Shown: positions 25,878-39,365 of the stretch, piece after piece
How the letters are laid out: the number at the start of each line of letters is the position of its first letter
Position numbering within the stretch: the first letter of the stretch is position 1
Assembly (NCBI RefSeq): GCF_006345805.1
Contig: NC_043004.1
Coordinates: 53,258,001 to 53,322,000, forward strand
Direction: 5' to 3'
DNA length: 64,000 bases
DNA from: Octopus sinensis
Taxonomy: Eukaryota
Program-made: the position numbers and the translations under genes
The notes under the pieces: model-generated
Database searches by the model: none
Seen by the model: only the letters and a program-made list of their open reading frames with translations
What the model was told of the DNA's origin: nothing

Positions 25878-25932
<55 letters not shown>

Positions 25933-25943
25933 GTATATATAAT

Positions 25944-25998
<55 letters not shown>

Positions 25999-26126
25999 TA
26001 TTATGTGAAATAGAAAGATGAATAATCTTGTAGTAGATTAATCAAAAGTAGATTAATCGAAACACGTGTAGAATGAAATAAAACGATTTCTGTTCAATCT
26101 GCGTTCAGCTCCATTTCTTCAATTCA

Positions 26127-26172
<46 letters not shown>

Positions 26173-26482
26173 ATCTTATATATATATATATAATCTCTCA
26201 TTTTCTACTTCAGCTTCGTAACCTTCTCTCTTTCTTTTCTTTCTCTCAATCTTCCTAAATATATAGACTCTCTCTCACTCTCTTCTTATCTTCTCCCAGC
26301 CGCTCAATCTTTTCCATAACCTCCTCTCTTTCATTTCTCTCTCTCTCAGCTCTCAATCTCTCTTTAAATACATAGACACTTTCTTTCTCTATTTCTTCTC
26401 TACCCTCTATCGCACTATTAAATTAATATAAATTAATATAATTAGATTGATATATAAATAAAATATCAAAATTTCCAGAACC

Positions 26483-27398
26483 TTGAAAAGTAACGAATTG
26501 GCGTTCGTCCTGAGAGCCTGGCGATGCGCCGACGGAGATAATCCGAACAACATAATTACAGCTGCGCTGAAGAGCAGCGTATATAAAAGAACGATACCGC
26601 AGATAGAGCGAAAAAAGCAGGAGTTTATACGCTCCTATGCATTCATAAGATCTCACATTGGCACGCTTACTGCCATCTTTGACAACGAACAAAGTAAAGA
26701 TGGCAAGGATGAAGGCGCGGGTGCTGATGAAAGATGTCACCCCCCACTTGGTAGACACACATGAAGAGGATTCAAGTGAGAAACCTGCCCGGGAAGTAAA
26801 CCCAAGTGCAAGTGCTCCTACCAGCACCAAAAGCCATGGAGATGAAAGAGCCAAAAAAGAAATAAAAGGAGGAAAAACTAAAAGAAGAACAAAATATGAA
26901 ACAGCCAAAGAAGGAAAAACTAATACCCAAACAAAAGCAAAAGATGAAACAGCCAAGGATAGAAGCAAACCTGACTATCCATGTACCAAAAAGGATAGAA
27001 ACAGACAGCGCACACGAATATGTAAATTCTACATGAAAGGTATCTGCTGGCATGGAGAGGAAGGTGCAGACTGCCGTTTTGCACATCAAAGACCCTGTCA
27101 CATAAACGCGAAACAGGTCAGAAACCAACTACCAAAAGGAAAAGGAATGGACCACGCACTACATGCCCCAAAACGGAGGTACGCAGATGTGGTGCGTGCT
27201 ACAAACCGTCAACATGTTATTGAAAGGGCAGCTGCTGAACAAGAATCTTTTTTGTACATGGCACAAAAGATTGTACAGCAGCCAACCTGGCTCCATCAAA
27301 CTCAAACTCGCAGATGGGACTATACACAATACACAAGACCGCCACAGCAAATAGACCCAAGGTGGACACCGCTGGCAACAGCATACACCTCACCTTGA
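26483..27398 (+). pseudogene. LINE ORF1 (split 26483-26764 / 26658-27398), Lys-rich with a CCCH zinc finger
   Basis: CKFYMKGIC-x8-C-RFA-H motif; lies directly upstream of ORF2. Confidence 0.7.
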
Positions 27399-30339
27399 TT
27401 CTGCTACTGAACATCAGAGGACTGCTAACACTCAGTAATATGACAAAAATCCCGTTCTTGAAAGACTTTGTAGCATGCAATCAAGCCTTATGCATAGCAC
27501 TTACGGAAATACACCTGAAACCGGACATAGCAGATGCGGAATTACACATACCACAGTATGTTGTACTACGGACCGACAGAAAAGAAAGGAGTCATGGAGG
27601 AGTCGCTATGTACATCCATGAGGACCTCACACCCCAGGTCCTTTTGTCATACTCAAACTCGGTGTGTGACACACTAACTGTACATATAAGGCAACTTGGT
27701 GTAGTTGTGTGTGCTACATATTACCCTCCAGATGCCCCAAGCCATGTAGGCAAGTTTGAAGACTGCCTTATAAAAATAGAAGTTCTAGTCACATTAGAAC
27801 AACACATAAGTGTACTTCTTATGGGAGACTTCAATCTACCCAATGTCAGATGGCCCGAAGGCCTTTCTCTCCCAGGAATGACACGATGTGAACGAGGTCA
27901 GGCAAGGTTCCTCCTGAACGGCATCAACACCCTCTACATGAAGCAAGTAATACTCCAAACAACCAGGGCAGGTAACATACTGGATCTCTGCTTCACAAAT
28001 AATATGGATCTCATCCATAATGTGAAAGTGACACCAACACTACTCTCGAATCACAACATGGTAGAGCTGACCATGTACGGGCCAAAGGAATACATGGACA
28101 TGCAGCCTACAAGAAACTCTCAGAATCTTTCCAGCTTGAACTTCCATAAGGCAAACTGGAAACAAATTGAGAAAGAGATCCTCAAACACAACTGGCCTGA
28201 ATGTCTCTCCTCGACATGAAACTTCAACAATTCATGTCTGTAATGCAAGCCATATGCTACAAATATGTCCAAGAGAGAAAGGCCACTGTACACAAGAACA
28301 AAATCCCCAGAGAGAGGAAAGCTTTAATGAGACGGCGTACAAAAGTTTCAAATCGCCTAAACAAACAAATTGAAAGTAGGGAAAAGTCCCGCCTGAAAAT
28401 AAAACTGTTGGAAATTGAAAAATGTCTGCAACTCTCCCATGAAAAGGAAAGAGCAGACAAAGAAGCCTGGGCTAAAATCTAACCCCAGAGCTTTCTACAG
28501 GTATGCCAAAGAAACAGCTACGGTGCACTGTAGGATAGGGCCACTCCTTGAAAAGGATGGCACACTCACAGGAAATCCAATTAGGGTAAGTGAAATACTA
28601 AATGAGCAATTCAAGAGTGTTTTCACTCCATCCCTTGGGCATTTCCAAGTTTGCAATCCAACTGACTTCTTTACCACTGCAGATATAAAATCAGAGGCAG
28701 CGATGATTGATTACGTTAATATAAAGGAAGACGATGTAATAAAGGCTATAGATGAACTGAAAACAAACTCAGCTACTGGCCCCGATGGATTCCCGGCAAT
28801 CCTTCTAAAAGTATATAAGAGAGTCCTAGCAAGACCACTGCAGTTCCTCTTTCAGAGCTTCCTTGCAACTGGCACACTTCCAAGAAAACTGAAGGAAGGT
28901 AAAATATGCCCTATTCATAACGGAGGTAGCAGTGCGGAGGCCAAGAACTACAGACATATCTCTCTGACCTCACACATCAGCAAGGTCATGGAACGAATAG
29001 TCAGAAAGAAACTAATCACCTTCCTTGAAGGAAATGACTTGCTGCCTGACACCCAACATGGTTTCCGACCAGGAAGAAGCTGCTTAACTCAGCTCCTACA
29101 GCACTATTACTGGGTGCTGAAACGACTGCTCAATCACTCAAATGTGGAAGTCATATATCTCGACTTTGCAAAGGCCTTTGATAAAGTCGATCATGTAATG
29201 ATATGTCACAAACTGCGTGATCTTGGCATAGTTGGAAAATTGGGAGTATGGCTTCATGACTTTCTGAAGGATAGAAGTCAGGTGGTAGTAGCCAATGGGG
29301 CGGGGCCACTTCCATCAACACGCAAATAGTGAGCGGTGTTCCGCAGGGCACTGTTTTGGGACCACTACTGTTCATAATGGCCCTCTCAGACATGCCTTCA
29401 GCCACGCAGAGAGCCACGATCACAAGTTATGCAGATGATACAAAAGTTTCACAGGCAATACAGAACCCTGAAGACACTAAGCACCTGCAATGTGAGCTGG
29501 ACAAAATATGCAAGTGGACTGAAAAGAATAGCATGCAGTTCAATGCTGAAAAGTTTCAAGCTTTATGCTATCAGCATGCAAAACTAAATGCAATACCCAA
29601 TGAATACACTGGACCTGGAGGGATTGCAATCCCAGAGGCACACTCAGTGCATGACCTGGGTATTTACATGAGTGATGACGCAATCTTTCATGTACATGTT
29701 GCTAAATTGGCAATGAAATGTAGACGGCTGACCGGATGGATTCTTAGAACCTTTAGAACAAGAGAACAAGAAACCATGATGGTCCTCTGGAGGACACTTG
29801 TCCTAAGCCACTTTGACTATTGCTCTCAGCTATGGTCACCATCCAGTGTCTAGTTGATCACATAACTTGAGGCGATCCAACGAAGCTACACGAAGATGAT
29901 AGCCTCTGTGCAGTATATAAGCTACTGGGAAAAACTCAAGAGATTAAGACTCTATTCCTTAGAGCGTAGGCGAGAAAGATATGCCATAATATACATCTGG
30001 AAGATCCTAGAAGGACTTGTCCCAAACTTTGGCATCGAGAGTTACACAAATACCAGAACTGGGCACCACTGCATGGTGCCAAGGATTCCTAATTTGCCAT
30101 CAAGATGTAGGACAAGATACTGTGATAGCCTGGGCTTCAGAGGCCCACAGATTTTCAATATCCTCCCGAAGAACCTGAGGGACCTGCATGGGGTGGATGC
30201 AGATGTCTTTAAAGTTGGACTGGATCTCTTCCTGTCAGGTGTCCCAGATGAACCAACTTCACGACAGGAGGTGCAGATGAGGGCAGCTGCATCGAACTCT
30301 CTCATGCACCAAATGACAGTTGCTAAAAAGCATTCGTGA
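27395..30339 (+). pseudogene. LINE ORF2 (APE + RT), broken by several frameshifts and stops
   Basis: LLNIRGL, LTEIHL, HGGVAMY, MGDFNLP, ILDLCF; YRHISLTS, QHGFRPGRSC, YLDFAKAFDKV, GVPQGTVLGPLLF, YADDTK, DYCSQLWSP, LYSLERRR. Confidence 0.95.
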
Positions 30340-30444
30340 AGTAAAATCATGTAGCAACACCAAATGGCGGTACCCCAGCATGACCACAGCTCGTGAGCTG
30401 AAACTAGATAAAATTTAAAAAAAAATAAATAAAATAATAATAAT

Positions 30445-30475
<31 letters not shown>

Positions 30476-30535
30476 TAATAAAATAATATAATAATAATAA
30501 TAATAATAATATATATATATATTTTATTTTTAAGC

Positions 30536-30725
30536 AGCAGCAGAAAATTCAACAAAACCTGTTACTCTGAGTTTCACGTTGGACATTTTTTGCTAGAATA
30601 GCCAAAACTGTCCAACGTGAAGCTCAGAGTAACAGGTTTTGTTGAATTTTCTGCTGCTTTAAATAAAGCATATTACTCTTCCACTGTATTTGAGTACTCT
30701 CTTTTCCACCTTGTTTCACATTTAT
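30536..30725 (+). mobile_element. Repeat family D fragment with a 50-bp inverted duplication (30536-30585/30609-30658); homologue at 22581-22645 (minus)
   Basis: Arms differ at one position; contains AACGTGAAACTCAGAGTA. Confidence 0.7.
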
Positions 30726-31322
30726 ATGTTTACTACGGTATATAATATTTATATATATATATATATGTGTTGTGTTGTGTGTGTGTGTGTGTGTGTGTGT
30801 GTCTGTGTGCATGTCTATGTATATATATATATATATATATAACATTTACGTGTGTATGTATGTATGTATATTCATATATACATACATGCTTACAAATACA
30901 CTGTGTTGCTCATCCATACAAAGGACGAAATGTAATAATCGCTTTTCAATGCAGTACACACTAAACATATTCATCGCAACACGTTTTTCGCCTCTCAAGT
31001 TTGCCCTTGACCTTACCTTTGGCCTAGCGAACGTGTCACTCCGTGAACACAACAAAAGGATAACTGTAAAATCTTCCTCGAGTAACATAAAACTTGATGT
31101 TAAATGAAGATCTAGGTATAAAGAACTTCCCTTTGGGGGTATTATGTCGTTCCTTTTTAACTGTGGATTTATCATTTGAATTATATGAAAGTTAGATCAT
31201 CATCATGATCATCATCATGAGTATGCATATCGTCTCTATAATAATCACCATCATCAACGGAAAGGACAAAAAACAGGAATTGTTCTAATAATAGTTTAAT
31301 TACAAGTTTAGATATATTCCTT

Positions 31323-32086
31323 ACTAGCAGCATAGCCCGGCGTTGCCCGGGAATGTAAGAAACCTTGTGGATAAGCAATGCCTTTTACCTTTTTACCCTT
31401 TTTTGTACTCATTGAACCGTTATTTTGTAAAATGAAGCCTAAAAGGCATTAAGCCATTCAAGGCACCGTTCCCTTGCATGCATGAAGAAAATCTATGACA
31501 TTCAAAGTGCTTTTTCTGGTTTTGTTTAGCACACTCAACCCAGTTCTGCGGTTTTTTTCCAGTAATAACGTATCCTATTGGAATCAAAAGGGCCATATAG
31601 CTCCTTGGAGCAGACATGATGCTCGCTATGAATTAAAAAAAAAATTCCTGCCAATTTGTTAAAGATATTGTCGAAAATATGTCATCTTGAATTTGAACGC
31701 GAGTTCCCAAAATGGCATGATTTTATCGATTTTTTCTGATGGTAAGGTATTGCATGGAAAACTAACGACAGAATTCAGTTCCTTAGGGTAACATTAAGCT
31801 TCACCATGAGTTTGGTGAAAATCGATTGCATGTTGCGAAAACTACAACGGAAAATGTGTTGCATATGATAAGCTTAGATTCTAGACCCCATGTCGAATTT
31901 ATCAATTTTTATCAGAACTGGGGGAACTTTTCAAACTTTTCGCTGCGTTAGTTTTGAATTATGACATTGGGCTATGTGTGTGTCAAGTTTCATCAGAATC
32001 GGTTTAAAGCCGTGGTCAGGGTGAGGGTACAAACTGACAGACACACAGACACACAGACAGACAACTTGCCTTTTATATATAGTGAT
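31323..32086 (+). mobile_element. Helitron/Helentron-like non-autonomous element
   Basis: Starts ACTAGCAG..GCCCGGCGTTGCCCGGG and ends ACAGACAGACAACTTGCCTTTTATATATAG. Same termini as the element at 59829. Confidence 0.6.
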
Positions 32087-32254
32087 TAGATCCATGCTTA
32101 TGTTGTTCTTCCTGTTTTTTGTCCATAGATCAGCACTAATACGTATCTTTAGACGCATCCTTCCGATGGCTTTGCCGTATCGTTTTGGATATTGTGTATA
32201 TAAGTCCACCTTATGCAATGTGTAATTATACCCTTATTATGTCAGTGTAATATA

Positions 32255-33110
32255 TAATATAGTTGAAACTTTCAGAAAAACAAAAGACGAAGACATGTGT
32301 ATGAACAACAAGCATGTGTATTAGTTTGACGCTCGGAAATGTGAAGAAGTCCTTTACATTTCAAGCCTACGCTCTTCAGCAGAAAGGAATACGAGAAAAT
32401 AAACAGAGACAGAATAAAAAAAAAGAAACTTGTGGATTTAGGTGTCAAGCATGGCAACTGGTTGGAAACAATAGGTTTGCCATGAGAGTTTGAATGGAGT
32501 GGAGATAATAATGCATTGGTGACCCCAAAACGAACGATCGTGTGCGTATGTCTGTGACAATGTGTGTGTGTATGTAGACAGGGGCTAGTGACTTTGGCGT
32601 GTATGGATATGTGCGTGCGTGTGTGTGCCTGTAACGTATGGGAGTGTGGATGATGATGTATAGGTCCTGGGAAGTGGTCAGTGCTAGTGTGCGTGGAGTG
32701 GCGTGGGGTGTTGTGATGTGGCAGTGTGATGTGGGGTGGTGAATGGTGGGATGTGGGGTTTTAGCTCTGTGGTGGAGTGTGGGGATGTGGGAGTGAGCGT
32801 GTGCGGACAGGGATGTGTTGTGGGGTTTGTGGGATGAGGGTGAGAGGTGGGGTGGTCCAGGGGTGGGTAGGACGTATGGGGTAGGGTGTGGGGAGGGGAT
32901 TGTATCAATGAAGACAAAAGGTGGGTAGAAGTGAAGAAAGGAAGTAGGTGTCAGATGAAGAGAGAAGAGAGGTGGGTAGGAGTGAAGAGAGGGGCGGAGG
33001 GGAACTTGTAAATTAGTGACCATGTATCTGGCCCTGCGTCTGTTAAGACCTCTCCAAATCTGGTGGCATTGGTATGGATATTGTTCATTTTGGACCAATG
33101 CACACAGAAT
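32255..33110 (-). mobile_element. Family B copy (HHR-like core 32350-32388) with an upstream C-rich spacer and possible GIY-YIG C-terminal remnant
   Basis: UCCUUU-CUGCUGA-A-GAGC GUAG GCUU-GAAA-UG-U-A-AAGGA. Upstream translation ends IWRGLN, resembling the GLN end of PLE endonucleases (weak). Confidence 0.55.
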
Positions 33111-34313
33111 TAAAGAAATTTTTGGGATTACACAGAGAAGGCAATAACTTCACTGAAGTCACTTTCCTGGTAATGGACAAATGAATTTTATATCAATTCA
33201 ATGAGGGTGAATTTATGTAGTCGCTTGACCTCTACAAACAGCAACTAAATGTTTCCTCCATGTCCTACTCGTCATCTTCTTCAGATTGGTCAAAAGCTCA
33301 AAATTACTTTGTCCTAAACTACTGGTTAATATAGACGATCGCTATGAATAGAATATTTTGATTGAAGATCTGTTCCGTCAGAACTAACCTGGAGCTAGAC
33401 AACAGTTCTCAAATATCTATACGGAAATTATTGCTATGACTTTGAAACAACTTTCGAAGTCTTTCTGTTTTGCCAATGTTAATAACTGGTTCATTTGTTC
33501 TATATGATACTGAACCACAACCTTTCTGGGTTATGAAATTGTGTTTAAAAGGGATCAAAGTGTTAACAGTTTTCGTTTGCCAATTTAAAAGCAATTTGTG
33601 AAGCTGTGTATAACTTAAGTTCATTCTCATTGCTGATGACAGACGAAGTGTACATGATGATACCACCAGTAAAACGTGACATTTCAATTAGTTTCACAAT
33701 TCAGTTGAATTTTTAAACAGGTCATTTGTATAAAAGAGAAGAAGAGAAAGAAAATTTGCGTGAGTCGAGAGCAATGTGGAAGACCCTGGAGAAACAAAAT
33801 AATTTCACTTTTATTATTATCAAGAATCAATTTTGTATTGCGATGCGTGAAGAAGCTAGCAACTTAGTTACAAAGAAATTTGATGATGATATTAAGTTTG
33901 TCTTTGTTTTCTTATTTAAAACTTGCGTGTCATGGACTGCGCTATTGTAAGCTCCCTTTATATCCGATGCGATCAGACGAGCTGATTCTTTTTTAATATT
34001 TTACTTTACTCTTTTGACTCTGATGAATTAAATTATATTATGTACACACTTCCCTGTGTTTTGTATTCGAAATGTGAACTAAGATTTAGCGAAAATACAC
34101 TTTGTTTTTCTGAAACAACACAGTGTCTTGCATACTGTCTTCTCCAACATTATTTAGAACATTATTTAACAGTATTTAAACAAGATCCTAGCAAAGAATA
34201 ACACTTACATAAAGATTAATAAATGGCAAACTCCACATTCTTCTTAAATGGCTCACACAACGAAAGCAGGTCCGAACTAAATGTAGAAATATGTTATTTC
34301 CTTTTTATGTGAA

Positions 34314-34683
34314 GGGGCGGCTCTGTGGTAAGAAGTTTGCTTCCCAACCACATGGTTCAGGGTTCAGTCCCTTGGGCAAGTATCTTCTACTATAGCCTAG
34401 GGTCGACCAACGCCGTGTGTGTAGATTTAGTAGACGGGAACTGAAAGGTTGTCGTGTGTATGCATGTGTGTGTCTGTGTCTGTGTCCCCCCCCATCACCA
34501 CATGACAATCGATGTCGGTGTGTTTACGTCCCCGTAACTTAGCATTTCGGCCACAGACACCGATAGAATATTTACCTGGCTTAAGAAATTATCCCTGGTG
34601 TCGATTCATTCGACTAAAACTCTTGAAGGTGGTGCCCCAGCATGACCGCAGTGTAATGACTGACACAAATAAAAGTATAAAAG
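34314..34683 (+). mobile_element. SINE S1, diverged
   Basis: Head, central and tail blocks match the 41948 copy. Confidence 0.85.
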
Positions 34684-34748
34684 AATATATATATTTGTTT
34701 CAGCCATTAGACTGCGGCCATACTGGAGCACCACCTTATACACACACA

Positions 34749-34810
<62 letters not shown>

Positions 34811-34849
34811 CGTTAGAAAGATCATTCTATGATGCGGGCAGGAAGCTGA

Positions 34850-36030
34850 ATAACACCTGGGATCGAAATTGCACCGCTTGGCTTTGTAAAGGATGCTGGT
34901 ACTAGGAATGCTATTTTTGTATTGAGGATGATAGCGGAACGTATGCTGGAGCTCCAAGAAGGCGTATTCTTTTGTTTCATAAATTGTACAATGGCCTTCG
35001 ACAAAGTAAAACATGACACTTCAAGTCCTCTTGTAGAGCCTATATTAAAACAATTCACCATGCAGAAAGGTGAATAGAGAATGCAGTGAATACACTAGCA
35101 TTAGACGAGGGGTTAGATAAGGATGTGCTATGTGACAAAATCTCTTCAATTACTATAGCGATTGGATCATAAGAGAACTGAAGAAAGAAAAAGTTCTTAG
35201 AGTTCTTAGATCATAAGAAAAAGTTCTTAGAGTAGGTGGCAGAAATATCAGAAAGAATATGACACCGCTTTATTTGCAGAATCAGAAAAGGAAGTGCAGA
35301 AACTTCTGGATATAGTGGTCAAAGAAAGTGAGAAGAAGGGCCTGCTCATAAATTGCAAGGGTGTATGGTGGTGACAAAGAAAGGAAGCCCAACGTGCATG
35401 TTGAAAATGAACAATAAGCAGATATCAGCTTTCAACTACCTTGGTACTTTGATACGACAAGACGCAAGATGTGTGAAGATCGAAAGATGTTTCAGCCATT
35501 AGATCGAAAGATGAATAAAGTTGCCAAAATCTGCATTCTTAAAATTGCATAACGTCTTGGGAAACCGTACTCTGAAGCTAAGACCATAATCTGTATACTA
35601 AGCTGCTATGTCTACCGTGTGTTAATGTAGGGAAGCAAAGTGTGACTTATAATCTCAAAATGGAGAAGGTGCTTAGAGAACTATGAAATGTAGTTCTTAA
35701 GGAGTATATTGATGATAGTATGTACAGACAAATTGCTTATTGAAGAACTGATTACCTGGGCTGCGGTAAGTAGGAATCTGCTTCATGAGATAAGAGCCAA
35801 GCAACTGAGATTTCTTGGTCATATGGTGAGGAAAGAATTTAGCGAGGACAAGAAAGATTGAAAGGAAAAGAAGCAGAGGAAGGAACAGGATCATATAGGT
35901 ATCAAGTTTGACGAATCAGTTGGAAGAGAGGTACTTTAAACATCTGAAGTGGAACTGTTACAGTAAACAAAGGAAATACTTATGGCAGGACATGATCAGG
36001 TAGATTCTACATTTTGGGCATGGTATTAAG
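34850..36030 (+). mobile_element. RTE-clade LINE relic (RT and 3' end)
   Basis: GFVKDAGTRNAIFVLRMIAER..CFI....AFDKVKHD; DTALFAESEKEVQKLLD; FNYLGTLI; QLRFLGHMVRK. Confidence 0.88.
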
Positions 36031-36465
36031 AGTTGTTATACACTAAGATATATAACGACTATTTAAAACCAAATAGCTCAACTTTATAATTATATGCATT
36101 TGCGTGTATTTGTGTTTTGTGCGTTTATTTGTGAGTCTATTTTGGGGTAATATTCATTAAATATCCTTTCGAATTTCTAATATCAAACATCATAGCTGGA
36201 GTTGAATTCGCAGTTTCAGTATTCATGTATGTGTATGTATCTCTCTCTCCCTCTTCCTCCCTCTCTGTATCTCTGTCTCTCTCCTCTTCCTCCGTCTCTC
36301 TCTATCTCTGTCTCTCTCTCTCTTCCTCCCTCTCTATATCTCTGTCTCTCTCCCACTGTATAAACACGCATACATAGGCTGATAATCATATATTTATACA
36401 TAACATACGTGTGTATGTGTGTGTTTGTCTCTGTTTGTGTGTACGTGTGAGAGTGCGTGTGTGTA

Positions 36466-36506
<41 letters not shown>

Positions 36507-37689
36507 ATGTGCACGCATATATATCTGTACATATATATATATATATCATATTTTGAGATCTATATTTGCAATTCCGTATATAGATGCCTGGTGTAAATAC
36601 AACCAGCTGAGATCAAGCAAGCCATTAAATACGGAAAATATCACATTAAGCAAGGCTTCACATAATTACTTCAAAAAACAGCAATAATGATGTTATGTAT
36701 ATAGGATAGCTGGGGTTGGACGACACCAGGTCAAAATCCTCCAGAAAACTTTCCTTTCCAAATAGACGATTTCAAAAAACAACACTAGAACCATAACCAA
36801 AGAACACACATATACACACACACACACTCAAACACACACACATAAACACACATCTATTTCTATAGACGTACAATCATATTCGTACATATGAACCGATATT
36901 TAGATGCCAGTAGTATTTAGATACGGTACGCTAATGTAGTGGTTTGAATTGATAATCTGTACAATGATTTCGAACTTTGAACCGCTGCCATATTGAATCA
37001 GTAGCTGGAATACGTAAACTGAAAATAAAGAAAGAAATGCGTAAAATCTGGTGGGTAATGTGTCTTAATATCTGAGGTGAGAGGTCTGACAACTTTGAAT
37101 GAAAACTGACTGTCGTTCGGACAATTCCTAATTATGTCTGCAGGAGATGCTCACGTGAACGTCGATACATCACAGCAATCGATAGTGGATATTAACTGTA
37201 TCTCTCTATCAGTTTTAATATATCTAGCTACATTTCTCTATCGGTGTAATACGTTTCAGAATACACATATTAATATATACACACACATATCCACATATGT
37301 ATGTATGCTTATACGTACGAATACACATGCATATATAGTACATATATAAATATGTATTCGTGTATACGTATGTATATACACGCACACACACACACATATG
37401 GATGTGTGTGTGTGGGGGGACTGTGTGCATATGTCTATGTGCCTGTTTGTGTGTATGCTAGCTCTACACAAATTGTCAAGAAGGCCACTCGAACCAATGC
37501 GTTGAGTGTCTATTTTAATACTTATTTCAATTTTTTTCGTGAATACTTGTGAAATGATATGAACGTTTCAATTAGCACGATTTTACACGGGGGCAAATAA
37601 TAGATATCTTGTTAATGTATATGCACAAACACACACATACAAAGTGATTGTGTATGTGTGTATATATACGTTGTCTTATCAATAAGTAT

Positions 37690-38370
37690 CCGGAGTGTTG
37701 CCATAGTAACGAAATTAAAGCATGCAGAATGAAGCAGCTCCCTTCCGCTGCTTACAAAAGTACTTGGTAGGGAGGTGTGTAGCGTGTGATCGTCTATTTG
37801 ACCATGACAGAGAAAGTTGAGGAAGAAATCTGCTTGGAGATTCCTGCTTAGTGGCCTACGCAAAGTTTGCAAAAACTTTTCATCGTTCTCAACACGATCA
37901 AGATCTTGTGCAACTGAAACCTGAGTGTCGTTTTGGTCGGCTAAAAGCAGTTTTGGCACAAACTCGGCAGACACGCCTCTTATATACAGATCTTCAGTGA
38001 TAATGGACTGAACTGAACCGTAACTAATCTACACATCCTCTAATAACTCACGGATTTCCTCTCACAACTGCGTGCATATCTGTGATGTTTTTCTCAGTTC
38101 TGCTGGTTACGCGTCTCCCGAGACGTTCAACAACATCGACATTTTTTTTGGACCATGTTGTAATCATCGGAACCACTCGTATACTCGTGTGTGGCTCATA
38201 CACTCCTTTCTATACACTTTGTGAAATTTGCGTTGTCCTCTGAGCAGGCATCGCCATGACAACTTTATCTGTCATGGTAGATGCGACGATCACAAACTAC
38301 ACATGATCATTCCATGGACTCCTGTAAATAGCAGAAGTGAGTCAGAGCTTTAAAACTTAGTGCACGTGCA
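37690..38370 (-). pseudogene. Mariner relic (N-terminal transposase on minus, ~37865-38370) with a second 5'-end fragment on plus (~37690-37845)
   Basis: RVYEWFR, ISYGSVQSIITEDL, VSAEFVPKLLLADQ. TGATCGTC..T.TACCATGACAGA.AAAGTTG occurs in both orientations. Confidence 0.65.
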
Positions 38371-38408
38371 CATCAGAGGTCAGATACTTATTGATTAGGC
38401 GTCGTACG

Positions 38409-38459
<51 letters not shown>

Positions 38460-38460
<1 letters not shown>

Positions 38461-38648
38461 GGGAGGATTCACAAAAAAAACAAAGGGCGAAGACAGGTGT
38501 TGTAGACAACAAACAGATGTTTTAGTATAACGCTCAGGATGTGAAAATGTCTTTAACTTTTCGAGCCTACGATCTTCCACAGACAAGAACACAAAAGAAA
38601 CAAGGAGAGAAAATAAAAAATATATAGTGGCTAGCAATCTCTCATGAC

Positions 38649-38650
<2 letters not shown>
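38460..38650 (-). mobile_element. Family B copy, degenerate HHR-like core (38549-38585)
   Basis: CUGUGGA-A-GAUC GUAG GCUC-GAAA-AG-U-U-AAAGAC; (TA)n on both sides. Confidence 0.65.
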
Positions 38651-38695
<45 letters not shown>

Positions 38696-38707
38696 ATATG
38701 GAATGTA

Positions 38708-39275
<568 letters not shown>

Positions 39276-39276
39276 T

Positions 39277-39365
39277 ATGGCGTAGTGGTTAAGAGCGCAG
39301 GCTACTAACCTCGAGATTCTGAGTTCTGATTCCAGGCAGTGACCTGAATAATAATAATAATAATA
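39277..39365 (+). mobile_element. Short tRNA-derived SINE or tRNA pseudogene with (AAT)n tail
   Basis: A box TGGCGTAGTGG and B-box-like GAGTTCTGATTCC, then TGAATAATAATAAT. Confidence 0.65.

Larger units (their letters stand above)
26440..30510 (+). mobile_element. CR1-group LINE, near full length, inactivated, with (TAA)n tail; 5' boundary approximate
   Basis: ORF1, APE endonuclease and RT in order; 3' UTR 30340-30413; TAA-rich tail 30414-30510. Confidence 0.9.
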
